A stretch of DNA of 63,134 bases, the filler included, from Octopus bimaculoides (lineage: Eukaryota): NCBI RefSeq assembly GCF_001194135.2. It is 11 parts of 9 records of this genome, joined end to end, with 100 filler letters (N's around TTAATTAATTAA, not from the genome) between each part and the next. Parts side by side here need not be neighbours in the genome. Positions count along the whole stretch, not along the records: positions 1 to 3,744 come from NW_026311094.1; positions 3,845 to 11,512 come from NC_068983.1; positions 11,613 to 18,706 come from NC_068982.1; 8 more parts are not named here. The stretch is one strand, 5' to 3'. Below, one piece after another: positions 1 through 13,129 of this stretch; the stretch's first letter is position 1; the number at the start of each line of letters is the position of its first letter. The translations under genes were made by a program, and so were the position numbers. The notes beneath the pieces are model-generated. The model did not search any database, was not told the DNA's origin, and was given only the letters and a program-made list of their open reading frames with translations.

Positions 1-539
1 ATACGCCATGGTCACGTTGCATGGTTTTATGGCTTCGTAGGCAGAAAACGTACGACGGAGCTCGTTGTTAATTTCTCGTATTCTTTGATCATCAGAAGAA
101 AATACTCATCCACTGTTCAACAAATACATTAGTGGCTTATAGCTATATCATGAAACGTTTTATCTTTCTGCATTCTCTTATGCAGAGTAGACTTGTAAAA
201 AAGAAAATCCCTCTTCGTATCCACTTTGTTTTGGGTTTTTTCTTATTTAATTCAAGCTTGAATTTATATTTATCAAATATATTTTTGATATATTTATCAA
301 AAGAGGTATACCATTCGTTACATTTCAAATTAACCAAAGCTTTTATTCTGTACCTATACTGTATGGTCATGTTTTGCCGATTTTATTCTTTATCTGTACT
401 GTATGGTCATATTTTTCTCATTTTATTCTATTATTATTATTATTATTATTATTATGATTATTATCAATATTATTATTTTTCGTATGTGTATTTCGTGTGC
501 AAGATTCTTGATGTGGATACGTGTGTTGAAAGAAATACA

Positions 540-631
540 ATTAAACCTTGGGAGAGGCATTATGCCGGTAATAAAGGACTGAACCAGTGCGTGTGCTTAT
601 TACCGGCATAATGCCTCTCCCAAGGTTTAAT
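540..631. repeat. Perfect 35-bp inverted repeat with 22-nt loop (fold-back or MITE-like hairpin A)
   Basis: 540-574 attaaaccttgggagaggcattatgccggtaataa is the exact reverse complement of 597-631. The loop contains a mini-stem actg-aac-cagt. Confidence 0.9.
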
Positions 632-1540
632 AATATTATTATTANNNNNNNNNNNNNNNNNNNNNNNNNNNNNNNNNNNNNNNNNNNNNNNNNNNNNNNN
701 NNNNNNNNNNNNNNNNNNNNNNNNNNNNNNNNNNNNNNNNNNNNNNNNNNNNNNNNNNNNNNNNNNNNNNNNNNNNNNNNNNNNNNNNNNNNNNNNNNNN
801 NNNNNNNNNNNNNNNNNNNNNNNNNNNNNNNNNNNNNNNNNNNNNNNNNNNNNNNNNNNNNNNNNNNNNNNNNNNNNNNNNNNNNNNNNNNNNNNNNNNN
901 NNNNNNNNNNNNNNNNNNNNNNNNNNNNNNNNNNNNNNNNNNNNNNNNNNNNNNNNNNNNNNNNNNNNNNNNNNNNNNNNNNNNNNNNNNNNNNNNNNNN
1001 NNNNNNNNNNNNNNNNNNNNNNNNNNNNNNNNNNNNNNNNNNNNNNNNNNNNNNNNNNNNNNNNNNNNNNNNNNNNNNNNNNNNNNNNNNNNNNNNNNNN
1101 NNNNNNNNNNNNNNNNNNNNNNNNNNNNNNNNNNNNNNNNNNNNNNNNNNNNNNNNNNNNNNNNNNNNNNNNNNNNNNNNNNNNNNNNNNNNNNNNNNNN
1201 NNNNNNNNNNNNNNNNNNNNNNNNNNNNNNNNNNNNNNNNNNNNNNNNNNNNNNNNNNNNNNNNNNNNNNNNNNNNNNNNNNNNNNNNNNNNNNNNNNNN
1301 NNNNNNNNNNNNNNNNNNNNNNNNNNNNNNNNNNNNNNNNNNNNNNNNNNNNNNNNNNNNNNNNNNNNNNNNNNNNNNNNNNNNNNNNNNNNNNNNNNNN
1401 NNNNNNNNNNNNNNNNNNNNNNNNNNNNNNNNNNNNNNNNNNNNNNNNNNNNNNNNNNNNNNNNNNNNNCCCACACCCCGCCCCACCAAAAAAAAAGACT
1501 GCTGCTCCTGTGCCAAAATTTGAAATCATTACTGTTATTA

Positions 1541-1541
1541 A

Positions 1542-1577
<36 letters not shown>

Positions 1578-1584
1578 TATCATC
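1541..1584. repeat. (CAT)n microsatellite following a probable SINE 3' end
   Basis: Triplet repeat preceded by gtgccaaaatttgaaa, a motif that also ends the SINE copy at about 30220-30240. Confidence 0.7.
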
Positions 1585-1923
1585 ACTTTGAGCGTCAGCT
1601 TCATCATCTTTGTTGTTGCTGCAGCTATTTCAACTAAATGGATATGTTGTTTACACTTCTTGCTGTCTGTTTCATTTCTAATTATCTCTCTCATTAATAA
1701 ACTACGAGATGTCACCAAGAAACAAATTCTAATGTATGGGTTTTTATTGTTCTTCATTTGGTCTCGTGGTTCTTTGTCTTCTACCTTTTCCCCTCTGTCT
1801 CTGCTTCCCACTTCCACTCCTCTTCTGCTTTTTCTTCTCACCTTTATTTCATTTCTGTTTCTGTTTAATTCTGGTCCTGGTTGTGTTATATCTGTGTCTT
1901 TATCTATACGTACATGTGTGCTT

Positions 1924-1971
<48 letters not shown>

Positions 1972-2155
1972 ATCTGTATGTCTAAGTATGCATGTGTTTT
2001 GTTGTTGCCCTGAGTTAATGAGCGTTTATATCAATATGTGTGTGTATATGGATGTGGGTGTGTGGCTGGGCGTCTTGGCTTTCTATATCTACATTTTGTT
2101 TCTGTTGTGTGTTTTTCTTTTTAGTGTACGTTTTCTAAGCGCATTTATGTATGTG

Positions 2156-2209
<54 letters not shown>

Positions 2210-3788
2210 NNNNNNNNNNNNNNNNNNNNNNNNNNNNNNNNNNNNNNNNNNNNNNNNNNNNNNNNNNNNNNNNNNNNNNNNNNNNNNNNNNNNNNNNNNN
2301 NNNNNNNNNNNNNNNNNNNNNNNNNNNNNNNNNNNNNNNNNNNNNNNNNNNNNNNNNNNNNNNNNNNNNNNNNNNNNNNNNNNNNNNNNNNNNNNNNNNN
2401 NNNNNNNNNNNNNNNNNNNNNNNNNNNNNNNNNNNNNNNNNNNNNNNNNNNNNNNNNNNNNNNNNNNNNNNNNNNNNNNNNNNNNNNNNNNNNNNNNNNN
2501 NNNNNNNNNNNNNNNNNNNNNNNNNNNNNNNNNNNNNNNNNNNNNNNNNNNNNNNNNNNNNNNNNNNNNNNNNNNNNNNNNNNNNNNNNNNNNNNNNNNN
2601 NNNNNNNNNNNNNNNNNNNNNNNNNNNNNNNNNNNNNNNNNNNNNNNNNNNNNNNNNNNNNNNNNNNNNNNNNNNNNNNNNNNNNNNNNNNNNNNNNNNN
2701 NNNNNNNNNNNNNNNNNNNNNNNNNNNNNNNNNNNNNNNNNNNNNNNNNNNNNNNNNNNNNNNNNNNNNNNNNNNNNNNNNNNNNNNNNNNNNNNNNNNN
2801 NNNNNNNNNNNNNNNNNNNNNNNNNNNNNNNNNNNNNNNNNNNNNNNNNNNNNNNNNNNNNNNNNNNNNNNNNNNNNNNNNNNNNNNNNNNNNNNNNNNN
2901 NNNNNNNNNNNNNNNNNNNNNNNNNNNNNNNNNNNNNNNNNNNNNNNNNNNNNNNNNNNNNNNNNNNNNNNNNNNNNNNNNNNNNNNNNNNNNNNNNNNN
3001 NNNNNNNNNNNNNNNNNNNNNNNNNNNNNNNNNNNNNNNNNNNNNNNNNNNNNNNNNTGGTGGTGGTAGTGGTGGTGGCGGTGGTGGTGGTTGTGGTGGT
3101 GGTAGTAGTGGTCATTGTTTGCCGTTGTCTCAGTAGTGACAGTAGAGGAGGAGGTGGAAGAGTAGTGGGAAGGTGTGACTGCAAAGGATGTAGTGGTGTT
3201 GATGATTAAACACAACAGAACAATATAATTAATGACGAGCCTATACGATTTATAAATAATACATTGCTTTAATGTGACTGACGGGGGCGGGGGTAACGTA
3301 TCTCAATTTTCAGTGTCACCTGCAGAGTCGAACACAAGTACATTATCGTGAAGTCCAGCCAGCAATCCCGCCTCGATTCTCGCTTCAAATCAGTTCATTT
3401 CCTTAATACAGTTCCCTCCCCTGATGCTCTTCAGCAATGAATGGACAGCTTACATTACCATTTACTCAACCCTCCATTTTCTCCGTTCACTGTTCTTTGG
3501 TGGGGCGTGTGGGTAGGGCTCTTAAGCTCCTCACAACATTACCCTATCCCATCCCTCTATTTTCTCTACCCACTATTCCGGAGAGGGTCCTGGGGTTAGA
3601 GTCTTCAGGTACTTCCTCTACAGGGTCCTTGACCAACTGAAGGATGAAAAACGAGACCCTTCAAAGGACAGTTGAACTCAACAGAGTCAACAGCCGTCCA
3701 ACAGTTGGAAATGAAAGGACTCTAGTCTTTGTTTAGACATATTTNNNNNNNNNNNNNNNNNNNNNNNNNNNNNNNNNNNNNNNNNNNN

Positions 3789-3800
3789 TTAATTAATTAA
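3789..3800. other. Assembly gap marker TTAATTAATTAA (artefact; 10 copies in the window)
   Basis: The same 12-mer, with stops in all six frames, is centred in 100-bp N gaps at 3789, 11557, 18751, 21290, 26768, 29073, 35416, 39830, 57497 and 60365. Confidence 0.95.
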
Positions 3801-4289
3801 NNNNNNNNNNNNNNNNNNNNNNNNNNNNNNNNNNNNNNNNNNNNTATATATATATATATATATTGTGATCGATAGCCAAAGGGAAACAATCCCCTTTGTT
3901 GACACTGAGCAATGAGTTCATTTTCTCTTCCACCTCTTCCATATTCTAGAGAGGTGACTCACTAGAGAGGCCTTTAGCCAATAAGTTTTGGGATCTGATT
4001 ATACGCCATAAAGCCAGGCCCTTTATGGACGTGAAACCTAAGATAATCGCATAAACCGTCCTTATCTAACTTTAATATGTGTGTGTATGTATGTATGTAT
4101 TTATATATATTTATAAAAAAGCTGAAATAAGGCTGTTTGTCAATTGCCTTTTGAACAGATAACGTTTAAACAAAAGATGCTTGTAAAGAAGAATAAAAGA
4201 TAAACACAAGGGAGATAGCCAACGTTACAATAATTTGATATCAAGCAGGCGTAAGCCAGATGTTAGTGCTTTACAAAGTGTTCGGTGGT

Positions 4290-4510
4290 CTACTTTTAAA
4301 TTCCAACAAGACGTATTTCTTGAAATGCGGACATACAAAAAGCATCTTTTTCCTCGAATTTATGTGTTCGATGGAGGTTCTAAATTTTTTAATAGATACA
4401 GTTTTTCAAGCGAATACACAAGCCGTTAATATAAAATCTGGATTTGGAGAGAAGTTTCCATTTGATGTTGAAATTGGTCCCTTCGTCTTTAAGCTTCCAT
4501 ATTAAAACCG
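4290..4510 (-). mobile_element. Penelope-like element remnant (C-terminal part of the GIY-YIG endonuclease region, frameshifted)
   Basis: Minus strand reads WKLKDEGTNFNIKWKLLSKSRFY, then after a frameshift LEKLYLLKNLEPPSNT*...RKKMLFVCPHFKKYVL. This matches the WKLK..F.IKW / EKL.I / CRH..K.L pattern of PLE endonuclease C-termini. Confidence 0.65.
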
Positions 4511-6289
4511 AAAGGGTTTGTAAACTGACGTAATTCATTCATGTGTATATCCGTATGTAGGCGTGTAAATATGTGTATATCATTAGTCATAATGCACATA
4601 AGTACGAAGAGAGAATAGGAGAGCCTAGCTCCTTTTGCCTAAAACTACACTTCTACATTTACAAACATTCACTGTCGAAGTACGCGGTATGCGTAACTTC
4701 ATGGAGTCACAATGTCTTAGAATAAGGATGATTGAAATTGACACGTATATAACACATAATTAATGTCGAACTGAATACACTTATCAATGTCTCACAACCA
4801 GAGTTTTATATCGACACATCATTATGGTCCAGTCATGTGCTAGTAATTATTATTAGTTAGGTGTTGTCGTGAAAACGGTCGTGTGTCAGCAGGGGAAATT
4901 ATTAGCTATCACGTTTATAATAGTTTCTGTGTGATCATCAGTGATGATCAGAAACTGATATAGGAAAGTGATGTGGACATGCAAAAACAAAGTTTTTCTA
5001 TAATTATTTCTGGTCTGTGAATACGGGAATATTCTAGTGTCGAAATTCTTTATAATGAGAAAAATATGTATATATTAATTTTTTTGATACCGACAAATCT
5101 TAAATCATAAATGAGAATGCTATTAACAGTGAATAACAATCGTGTATAATGGACATTGATATACTAATATCTAGAGATGCCCGACTCTAGAGCTGATGAG
5201 GTGTAAGGTTTGTGTGTTTGTATTGTGTTACTGACTCTATATTCGAAGCAACATTTATTAAAACTCAGTAAACAATCACACCAATGCTAAAAAGAACACC
5301 TGCAACACCGATATACTTAGGAGCAATCAAATAACCCATGTATCACATCATATTGGAAAGATATCCTAGATATTCTGTGTCTTAAAAAAAAACTGAATGT
5401 TCGAGGTCTATTGGATTGAAGTTGACCTGGAGTTAGGCGACAACAAAACAATACCAAATCATCATCATCATCATCATCACCATTATCATCGGCATCGTAG
5501 TCGTCACCACAATCAATGTCGTCGTCATCGTCATCATTATCACCATCCATATAAACTACAAGTGGCATTCGCATCGGACACGATGACGGGTGAACCACAA
5601 ATTTCGTTCCATCATCAAAGAGCTAATCTTATCAGTAATCACATCAATCGTGACATCCATCAGGACTTTGACAACTGATTTGGAAAGAAAACTATGGAAC
5701 ACTCTCCTATATCTCAGCTCAAAAATGATGGTTTGCTGGCTGGCATCTCCGATGTGTCTCAGACATTGACCAGCAAGTTAAATAATAACCCATACGACTA
5801 ATCATTCTTTCCAGAAATATATGCAATTGGATCTCCTTGCGCTCATACCATTTATTCCTAGTTAATAAATCCGATATAGTTCAGATTAAATATCAGTCGC
5901 AATAATATTTCTCATTCATCATAATCAACTAATCTTAAAGAGCCTAAAAAGAAAGGTGGGCTTTGCTCAACCTACTCAGAACAATGAATTTATACATTGG
6001 CACGTTATACCGGAATACTAAATTAGGGATTAAGACATAAGCGAGAACTGAACTTGTGACTTGTATTCCATTGCGTCATATTAACTAAAGATAAAACTAA
6101 AATAAACTTTTGTCGCCCACCCCTTAATTTCATTTTTCAGTTGATTTCGTACTGACAGTTTGCTAAACCCATGAGATTAAGCTAGGTTACTGTAAAAGCT
6201 TAATAGCAACGTTACTAAGTGTGCTCGGATTTATCAAGTACTTCGACAGAAAACGTGCAATTCATCGTAGTACGACTAGTTTGTGTGTT

Positions 6290-6508
6290 TATATATATAT
6301 ATGTGTGTGAGACAGAGAGAGATAGAGAGAAATCTTTGTGTAAATGCATAAATGTATGTCTTTACATGTATTTACACATATATGCATACACATACATATA
6401 TATGTATGTATGTATATATGTATGTATGTATGTATGAATGTATGTATATGCATATATATGTATATACATATATGTATGTGTGTATACGTATATACATATA
6501 TGTATATA

Positions 6509-6558
<50 letters not shown>

Positions 6559-6704
6559 NNNNNNNNNNNNNNNNNNNNNNNNNNNNNNNNNNNNNNNNNN
6601 NNNNNNNNNNNNNNNNNNNNNNNNNNNNNNNNNNNNNNNNNNNNNNNNNNNNNNNNNNNNNNNNNNNNNNNNNNNNNNNNNNNNNNNNNNNNNNNNNNNN
6701 NNNN

Positions 6705-6765
<61 letters not shown>

Positions 6766-6930
6766 GTATGTATATGTGTATGTATGTATGTATGTATACA
6801 TACATACCTACATACGTACATACACTCACATGCATAATTATATAATTGTGTATTCAAGTGACTATATATACATGCATACATACATACATACATACATACA
6901 TACATACATACATACGCACATACATATATC
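6290..6930. repeat. Compound (TA)n/(TATG)n microsatellite spanning a gap
   Basis: Direct inspection. Confidence 0.9.
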
Positions 6931-8499
6931 TCTATGGATATATCTTCTTATATGTTCGTGTGTCTGTGTTTGCGTTTCTGTGTGTGTGTGTATGTACGTG
7001 GAAAACAATTTTACGTACATACATCTGCGTCTATATAGCAAACAACTTGACAGCTCTCTTCAATCATCATTCTAGCTTCTCTAAGGAATTAATTAGCAAT
7101 ATACGAATGGATATGGTGACCATATTTCGACGAGGTCATCATATGTTCGTATCTCATCACTAGTACTGTATAATTGCAAGCCCTAGTAAGCTCTGGAGTT
7201 GTGGCGCTTTATATATTCAGTAGCAGAGAGGTCGAGATACCAGGTCGAACGGCTAGGAAGTAAAACGTCGAATTTACAAGACATATATTGAATCCACGGT
7301 TTGGTTTTTGCTTGGTTTTGTCAGCTAAAGCGTCAAGACCAAATCATTTTTACACAATTCTGAACCACCACTGAGGGGAACCCGCTGTGTGGCTGGTCGA
7401 ACTCGGAGAAGTAACAGACAAATACTGTCTTGTTGCTAATAGATAATAGTGTCTCTTATTAATAGATAAATATAGAAAATAATTATTACCAGACGCAGGT
7501 ATTATTGTGAGGTCAAGAATTTCGCTTTGCACACATGCGTGTGCTCACACACGCACACGCACGCACATACACACATACACACACAGACATACGCGCACGC
7601 GTACATACATACACATACACGCACGCACATTACTGCTTGTATCAACCTGAGGTTATGGGTTAAAGATACCCAAAATGTCAAACAGTAGAATCGAAACCGG
7701 GATCTACTAATGGCGAAGGGATATAGAGTGATGGAAACTATGTGGAAGTCTTTTGAATGAATTATACATGTAATTCAAAGGGTCCGGCCTGGTCACACAC
7801 TTCATCACGTTGATTCTATCTGACGTTCATATTCAGAGTACACATGTCCGAAAACTATTCAGCCACTTACAATCTAATTTGATGAACAGATAGTTCAATT
7901 GATCAAACAACTAGAATACTCATCGCCGAAACTGACAGATATCCATTATTCCTGAAAGTAAAACTGGAAAATAAAATAAGATGGTATCAAAGCTTCTGAT
8001 CAGGGGTCTACTCCGTCAGTTACTCCACAAGAACAACACATTGATCAAAATCGACATATGATACTTAAAAATTAATATGAAACATCTTTGCTTTATCTTT
8101 GATTTTGTTGCTATTATTTTCATTTTCTTCGTGGTGTTTTTGTTTGTTTGTTTGTTTGTTAATTTAGTATTTATGAAGTAAGTTCTTTCTAATTGGATTG
8201 ATTCGTTAGCTTCAGTGTCACTTCATTTCTTCTCCCTCTATATAGCTGATTAGTTGGTAATTTCATTTTCTTATATTCTGTAAATATTTGTTCACTTGAT
8301 TGGTACTGGTGGTGGTGGTTGTTGTTGTTGTTGTTGCTGCTGCTGCTGTTGTCTAACACATCAACTTCGCTGGGGAATGTAATGAAGTGACAGTTGTCCA
8401 CAATGAGAGGATTAAAGTAACGCTCTTCATTCAGATTTCAAGAACCCTGCGGAGAATTCGTACAGTTCCAAGGAACACAGTTTCTTGTAGATAATGGTG

Positions 8500-8561
8500 A
8501 TGAAAATGGTGATCATCATCATCATCTTGAAAATGATCATGATCTTGATGAGATGATGATG

Positions 8562-8599
<38 letters not shown>

Positions 8600-8645
8600 A
8601 ACGACGACGACGACGACGACGACGATGATGATGAAGATTATTATT
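8500..8645. repeat. Compound (ATC/ATG/ACG/TTA)n triplet microsatellite
   Basis: Direct inspection. Confidence 0.9.
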
Positions 8646-8684
8646 ATTTATTCTTTTTGTCTCAGGTTTTGCTGTAACTTCTGG

Positions 8685-10583
8685 AGTATTGCATACTTTA
8701 ACACTAAACTGAAGGGGATCAAACATAGAACAAATATTAAAGGAGACAACGAGACCCCTGGAAAATTTCTCTTTTGATATTAACTTTCTCTAAGAGTGTA
8801 AATCTACTTTCCATCTCTTCATGCTAAAGCTAATCAATTCTCTTATGTTGTCTGCTATATTGGATATGCTCAAACATTTACATATCCAAGCTTTTCTATA
8901 ATCTATCCATGCTATTGTTAGATTTTTTTCTTTCTAGCTTTTACTTCATTTAGAACTGCTTTGTCTGTGTATAATAGATCATGCGTTCCTCTAGCCCTCT
9001 TCCTGCAACCTTTCTGTTCTTCTGAGAGTAAATTCTGGTTGTCAAGGTGCTCGTAAATGCTTTCTGAAAGCATTTCTGTTAACAGCTTCCACACTAATGG
9101 TAATGAAGTGATTGGTCTATAGTTGTTAACTGTATTACCTTTGCTCTTATCCTTTATAATGAATATTGTCCTCCCTATAGTCATCCAATCTGGTATTATT
9201 CCTCCATTAAGGCAATCCTTAAGTTGTTCCCGCAACCTCTAATGTAAACTACTGAATTTCTTTAACCATTACTCTTGAATTAAATCTGGTCCTGGGCCCT
9301 TCCAATTCGGCATTTTTCCTAACACTTTACTCATTAATGCACCAGTTAATCTTAGATCTAGCTGCTTCTCACTCACTACTTCTTCCCTCAATTTCTTTAA
9401 CTATACTGCATCTCCATTATGACTGACTGGTTTATCCCAAACATTACTCTAGAACTGTCTAGCTTCTTCTGCATTAGGTTTCTCATCTTCAGTACTTTAC
9501 CCCAACCTATTTATTTGGTTAGAAAATCTCCTCTGGTTTGTCTCAAATAAACTATTCTGTTTATACTGATCTATTCTTCTTTGATATCTGGAGAGCTTGC
9601 CTGCTACTGCTATGATACACTGTTTTAACTCTTCTAATTATTGTCCCAAATCCTTTCTCATTGACTAATTATCTTTCCTCGAGGCGAGATTTGCATCTTG
9701 TGTTTCCTAACTTGCTTGTTTTCCAGGTTTCTATTCAGATCTTGTCTTAAAGTCTTCACTTTATTTTGTAGTCTTCTTTTCCACATTTGCTCTTTTTTAT
9801 TCTTTCCCTGTGAAATATCTAATCTTCTTGGTGACTACTACCTCTCCTGCATAGATGAGTAAGTTAGTGTCTTCTATATTTTTAGTATCTATCCTCCTAA
9901 CAACAATCTACTTTCCTAGTCATTTCTTATAGCTTCATTCTGTTGATGTCATTTAATACTGGCAATCTTCTTCTTTACTCATTACTTCATGCAACTCATC
10001 TAAAATCTTCTGATCTTCCTCACTTAAATCCCTCAAGTTGTTGGTGCAAGTTGTCCCTTCCATATTGGTGGCGCTATTATTATTTCTTCTTTAGGTCCTT
10101 CTTTGGCTTCAGATGTATCTCTTATGTTGTTCGTCTTTCCTATGCCTGGACTTTCTTTTCCAGTTCTCTTGTGATCTCTCCCACCTCCAATTATGTCATC
10201 CACTTTCTTCTAGTAGCATTAGCTTGATCAACTAATCTCTGCTCAGTCACTTTAAACATACCCTTCTCTATCCAAAGTGTTAACATCCATTTTCTATAAC
10301 CCCTTCTTTTAGGTTCACTTTCTAAGTAGCACTGTATCACTATCCTGTTTTCTTCGTTGGTCCATTTCCTCTTCCTTGCTCTATTATCTGCTGATACTGT
10401 ATGACAGCTGTAGTCAGTCTGCATCTTCACTGATCCACTACCGAGCGAGAGGCCTTCCCTTAAAGGTCCAGCTTCATTAGCGCTGTTACAACCTGAGTTT
10501 TTCGGAAACTCCTGTCTCTCATAGACTGAGGTACGGTAACGTTCGTCACCATCGCCATCACCACTATTATTATTTCTCGACAT
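8685..10583 (-). mobile_element. R4/Dong-like non-LTR retrotransposon, 5' half (N-terminus to mid-RT), degenerate
   Basis: ORF 10191-10583 contains RKRKWTNEENRIVIQCY...RGYRK...TEQRLVDQAN. ORF 8918-9235 contains PDWMTIGRT...NYRPITSLPLVWKLLT...EQKGCRKRARGTHDLL. These are followed by AWIDYRKA and SLSPLIFVLCLIP. Multiple stops and frameshifts. Confidence 0.85.
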
Positions 10584-10979
10584 CTGAAAGTTTCAAGCAA
10601 CTTTCTATTGCATCAACTGTTGGACCTTTGTGCTGGTGGGGTGCTGCGTGTTGCATTTCTTTTGGCATGGGGCATATTATATTGTATCAGTACGCTTTGT
10701 TATGAGGTTTTATTTGAGTCTTCTGTTGTATTAGTCTTTATCATGGTATTGTTTGTGTAGCGCAGGTTGTATTTTTCTGTCGGGTATCGGCCTCTTATGG
10801 TACATGTTGTGGGTTTTGTTCATTTTGCTGGATATTTACAATATGAATTTATTCTTGTATGTTTTCGGAGGGGTGTTGCATAGCAGTATGTGTGTGTGTA
10901 ACTCCTAAATCAAATATTTTATAGTATTTATGATTATCCGTCCGCCGTTCTTTTGCTTGGGTTTGTTATGGCTTCTGTT

Positions 10980-11017
10980 TATTATTGTTGTCGTTGTTGT
11001 TGCTGCTGTTGTTGTTT

Positions 11018-11070
<53 letters not shown>

Positions 11071-11076
11071 GTTGTT
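10980..11076. repeat. (GTT)n microsatellite
   Basis: Direct inspection. Confidence 0.9.
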
Positions 11077-11195
11077 ATCACTTTCAGTATCATCTTCTTT
11101 CAATTCTGTTTCCTTTCCTTGTCGAGTGCCTTCTTGACACCTAAGGCAGAGAAACTTACTGTATACATTTATAGGTCATTAAAATAATCACACCA

Positions 11196-11203
11196 GATTG
11201 TTC

Positions 11204-11289
<86 letters not shown>

Positions 11290-11512
11290 TTATTATTATT
11301 ATTTTATGTTTGACTTTTGTTTTGCATTTGTACAAGTTGGATCCAAGTCTCACCCAGAGACCTCAAGAGACAACAAGTTAGAAGTTCATGTAGGTGTTAT
11401 GCCTAGGGTACCATATATTTGGATTTGTACAGTTTTGTTCAAGTGAATGTTTAAGAAACCATAAGAAAATTATGTGTTTGTTTTAAAATTTGAGATCACA
11501 TAGACAGTATTT
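11196..11512 (-). mobile_element. 3' end of a LINE (probably R4/Dong-like) with a (TAA/TAG)n tail
   Basis: Minus strand starts at the gap with ...ILSM* (typical ORF end, as in ILRKILS), then about 190 nt of UTR ending cataaaataataataat and a TAA/TAG run (about 11206-11303). Family assignment is partly from recall. Confidence 0.55.
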
Positions 11513-11612
11513 NNNNNNNNNNNNNNNNNNNNNNNNNNNNNNNNNNNNNNNNNNNNTTAATTAATTAANNNNNNNNNNNNNNNNNNNNNNNNNNNNNNNN
11601 NNNNNNNNNNNN

Positions 11613-11662
<50 letters not shown>

Positions 11663-12082
11663 GCATATACATACATATGCATATGTACGTAAATGTATGT
11701 ACATATGTGAGTATACCCCACACACACAAATCCAAAAGGTGCACTGGAAGGCGCGACTTGTTGAGTAAAACTTTAGATTAGCAAGTTTGTGAACTCCGTG
11801 CAGAGTATATAAAATTAGATCGCTGAAAACACAATCGGTATTTATACTTTATATGTTGTATACGTGTTTCAGAAAACTGGCCAAACAATATGATGTGAGT
11901 TTAAATACCCAGCTACGTGACATATGCAACCGGCCCTCCCTTCGCCAATAATGGTGATTAGAACGCCTGGTGCATTTTTAGCATAACTGGACTCGAAATT
12001 GAGGATGTTCACCATGTGTTTGTACTTACTCGTATATCTTTTTGTACGCAAGCATGAACAAAGATTATTCTTTGCATTATGT

Positions 12083-12330
12083 GGAGGCGTGCGGCTTAGT
12101 GGTTAGGGGTGTTGCACTCATGATCGTAAGATTGTGATTTCGATTCCAGGACCGGGCGACGCGTTGTGTTTTTGAGTAAAACACTTCATTTCACGTTGCT
12201 GCAGTCCACTCAGCTGGCAAAAATGAGTAATCTTGCAATTGACCGGCGACCCGTCAAGGTAGGTAATATATACGCCATAGAAGCCGGAAAACCGGCCATA
12301 TGAATCTATATGACTCGGGAATGAACTTTA
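12083..12330 (+). mobile_element. tRNA-derived SINE (family A)
   Basis: A-box-like ggcttagtggttagg and B-box-like tttcgattcc. Homologous to the copy at 61918-62033. Confidence 0.75.
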
Positions 12331-12361
12331 GAAACTTTAAATTCTATGCATTATATATGTG

Positions 12362-12436
<75 letters not shown>

Positions 12437-12889
12437 ATTGATTGATTGATTGATGATGGTGAATTTAGTAGCTGTACTTATCGATGCTTAGTGGATCTGC
12501 ACAGCCGTAGAAATTCTGGCAATAACGGTGGATCGTCAAATGGAGGTGGCGACGATGATTATGAATCTGTTTCGCGCAATAGTCATCAGATTAGTTCGAT
12601 GCGTCGGCAACCGAATCTCATTCTGGGGATGTTTCTCTTGACTCTTGACCATCTGAGTCACATACATTATTGAACAACCGTGGCTTTTCGTGATTGTGCA
12701 ACAAATTTATTTAGTTTTGTTTCATTTATTACTAATCAACATTGATCGTCCAATATATCATTTTTGGGGAAATGTTTTTCTGTGTACTCCACTTCATTGT
12801 GAACTGGAGGAAATAATAATCGCTTCCTGCAAAGACTCTAGACCTAAACATTTTTAGGAAGAGTTAGTCTTTACCGCAGACTCAAGTAT

Positions 12890-13020
12890 TTGATTGTTAT
12901 TTATGTTACCAAACAGATCAAAGACAAAGTTCGCCTTGGTTATATTTGAACTCAGAACATAAAGAGCTAGAACAAATACTGTAAAACATTTTGTTCGATA
13001 TTCTAACGGTTCTGCCATCA
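12890..13020 (-). mobile_element. Degenerate tRNA-derived SINE (family B)
   Basis: aaagacaaagttcgcc...atttgaactcagaac...ctaacggttctgcca aligns with the better copy at 25971-26202. Confidence 0.6.
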
Positions 13021-13129
13021 TACATGAGTAACGTAATCGTTCATGAGTGTCAGCCGTGCAGCACTCCTGCTGGTGATTGTCTGTGTCCAATGGTGGATAT
13101 AATGCAAAATGATATGAGAATTAAAAAAG

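Noticed and set aside
60-100. Hammerhead-like core on the minus strand (ctgatga...gaaa)
   Set aside because: Stems I and III cannot be paired in type I or type III topology.
143-370. Lys-rich minus-strand ORF faintly resembling a Penelope RT thumb region
   Set aside because: No diagnostic motif; the similarity could be compositional.
541-3215. Long ORFs of 300-570 aa in the track (also at 14.1-15.2, 30.5-31.0, 34.5-35.1 and 55.5-57.2 kb on non-RTE frames)
   Set aside because: They are open only because they run through Ns.
12556-12595. ctgatga-ctattgcgc-gaaac on the minus strand; similar cores at 4915-4945 and 32345-32385
   Set aside because: No stem II or stem I pairing, or core nucleotides mutated. 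At best dead remnants, and not supportable as ribozymes.
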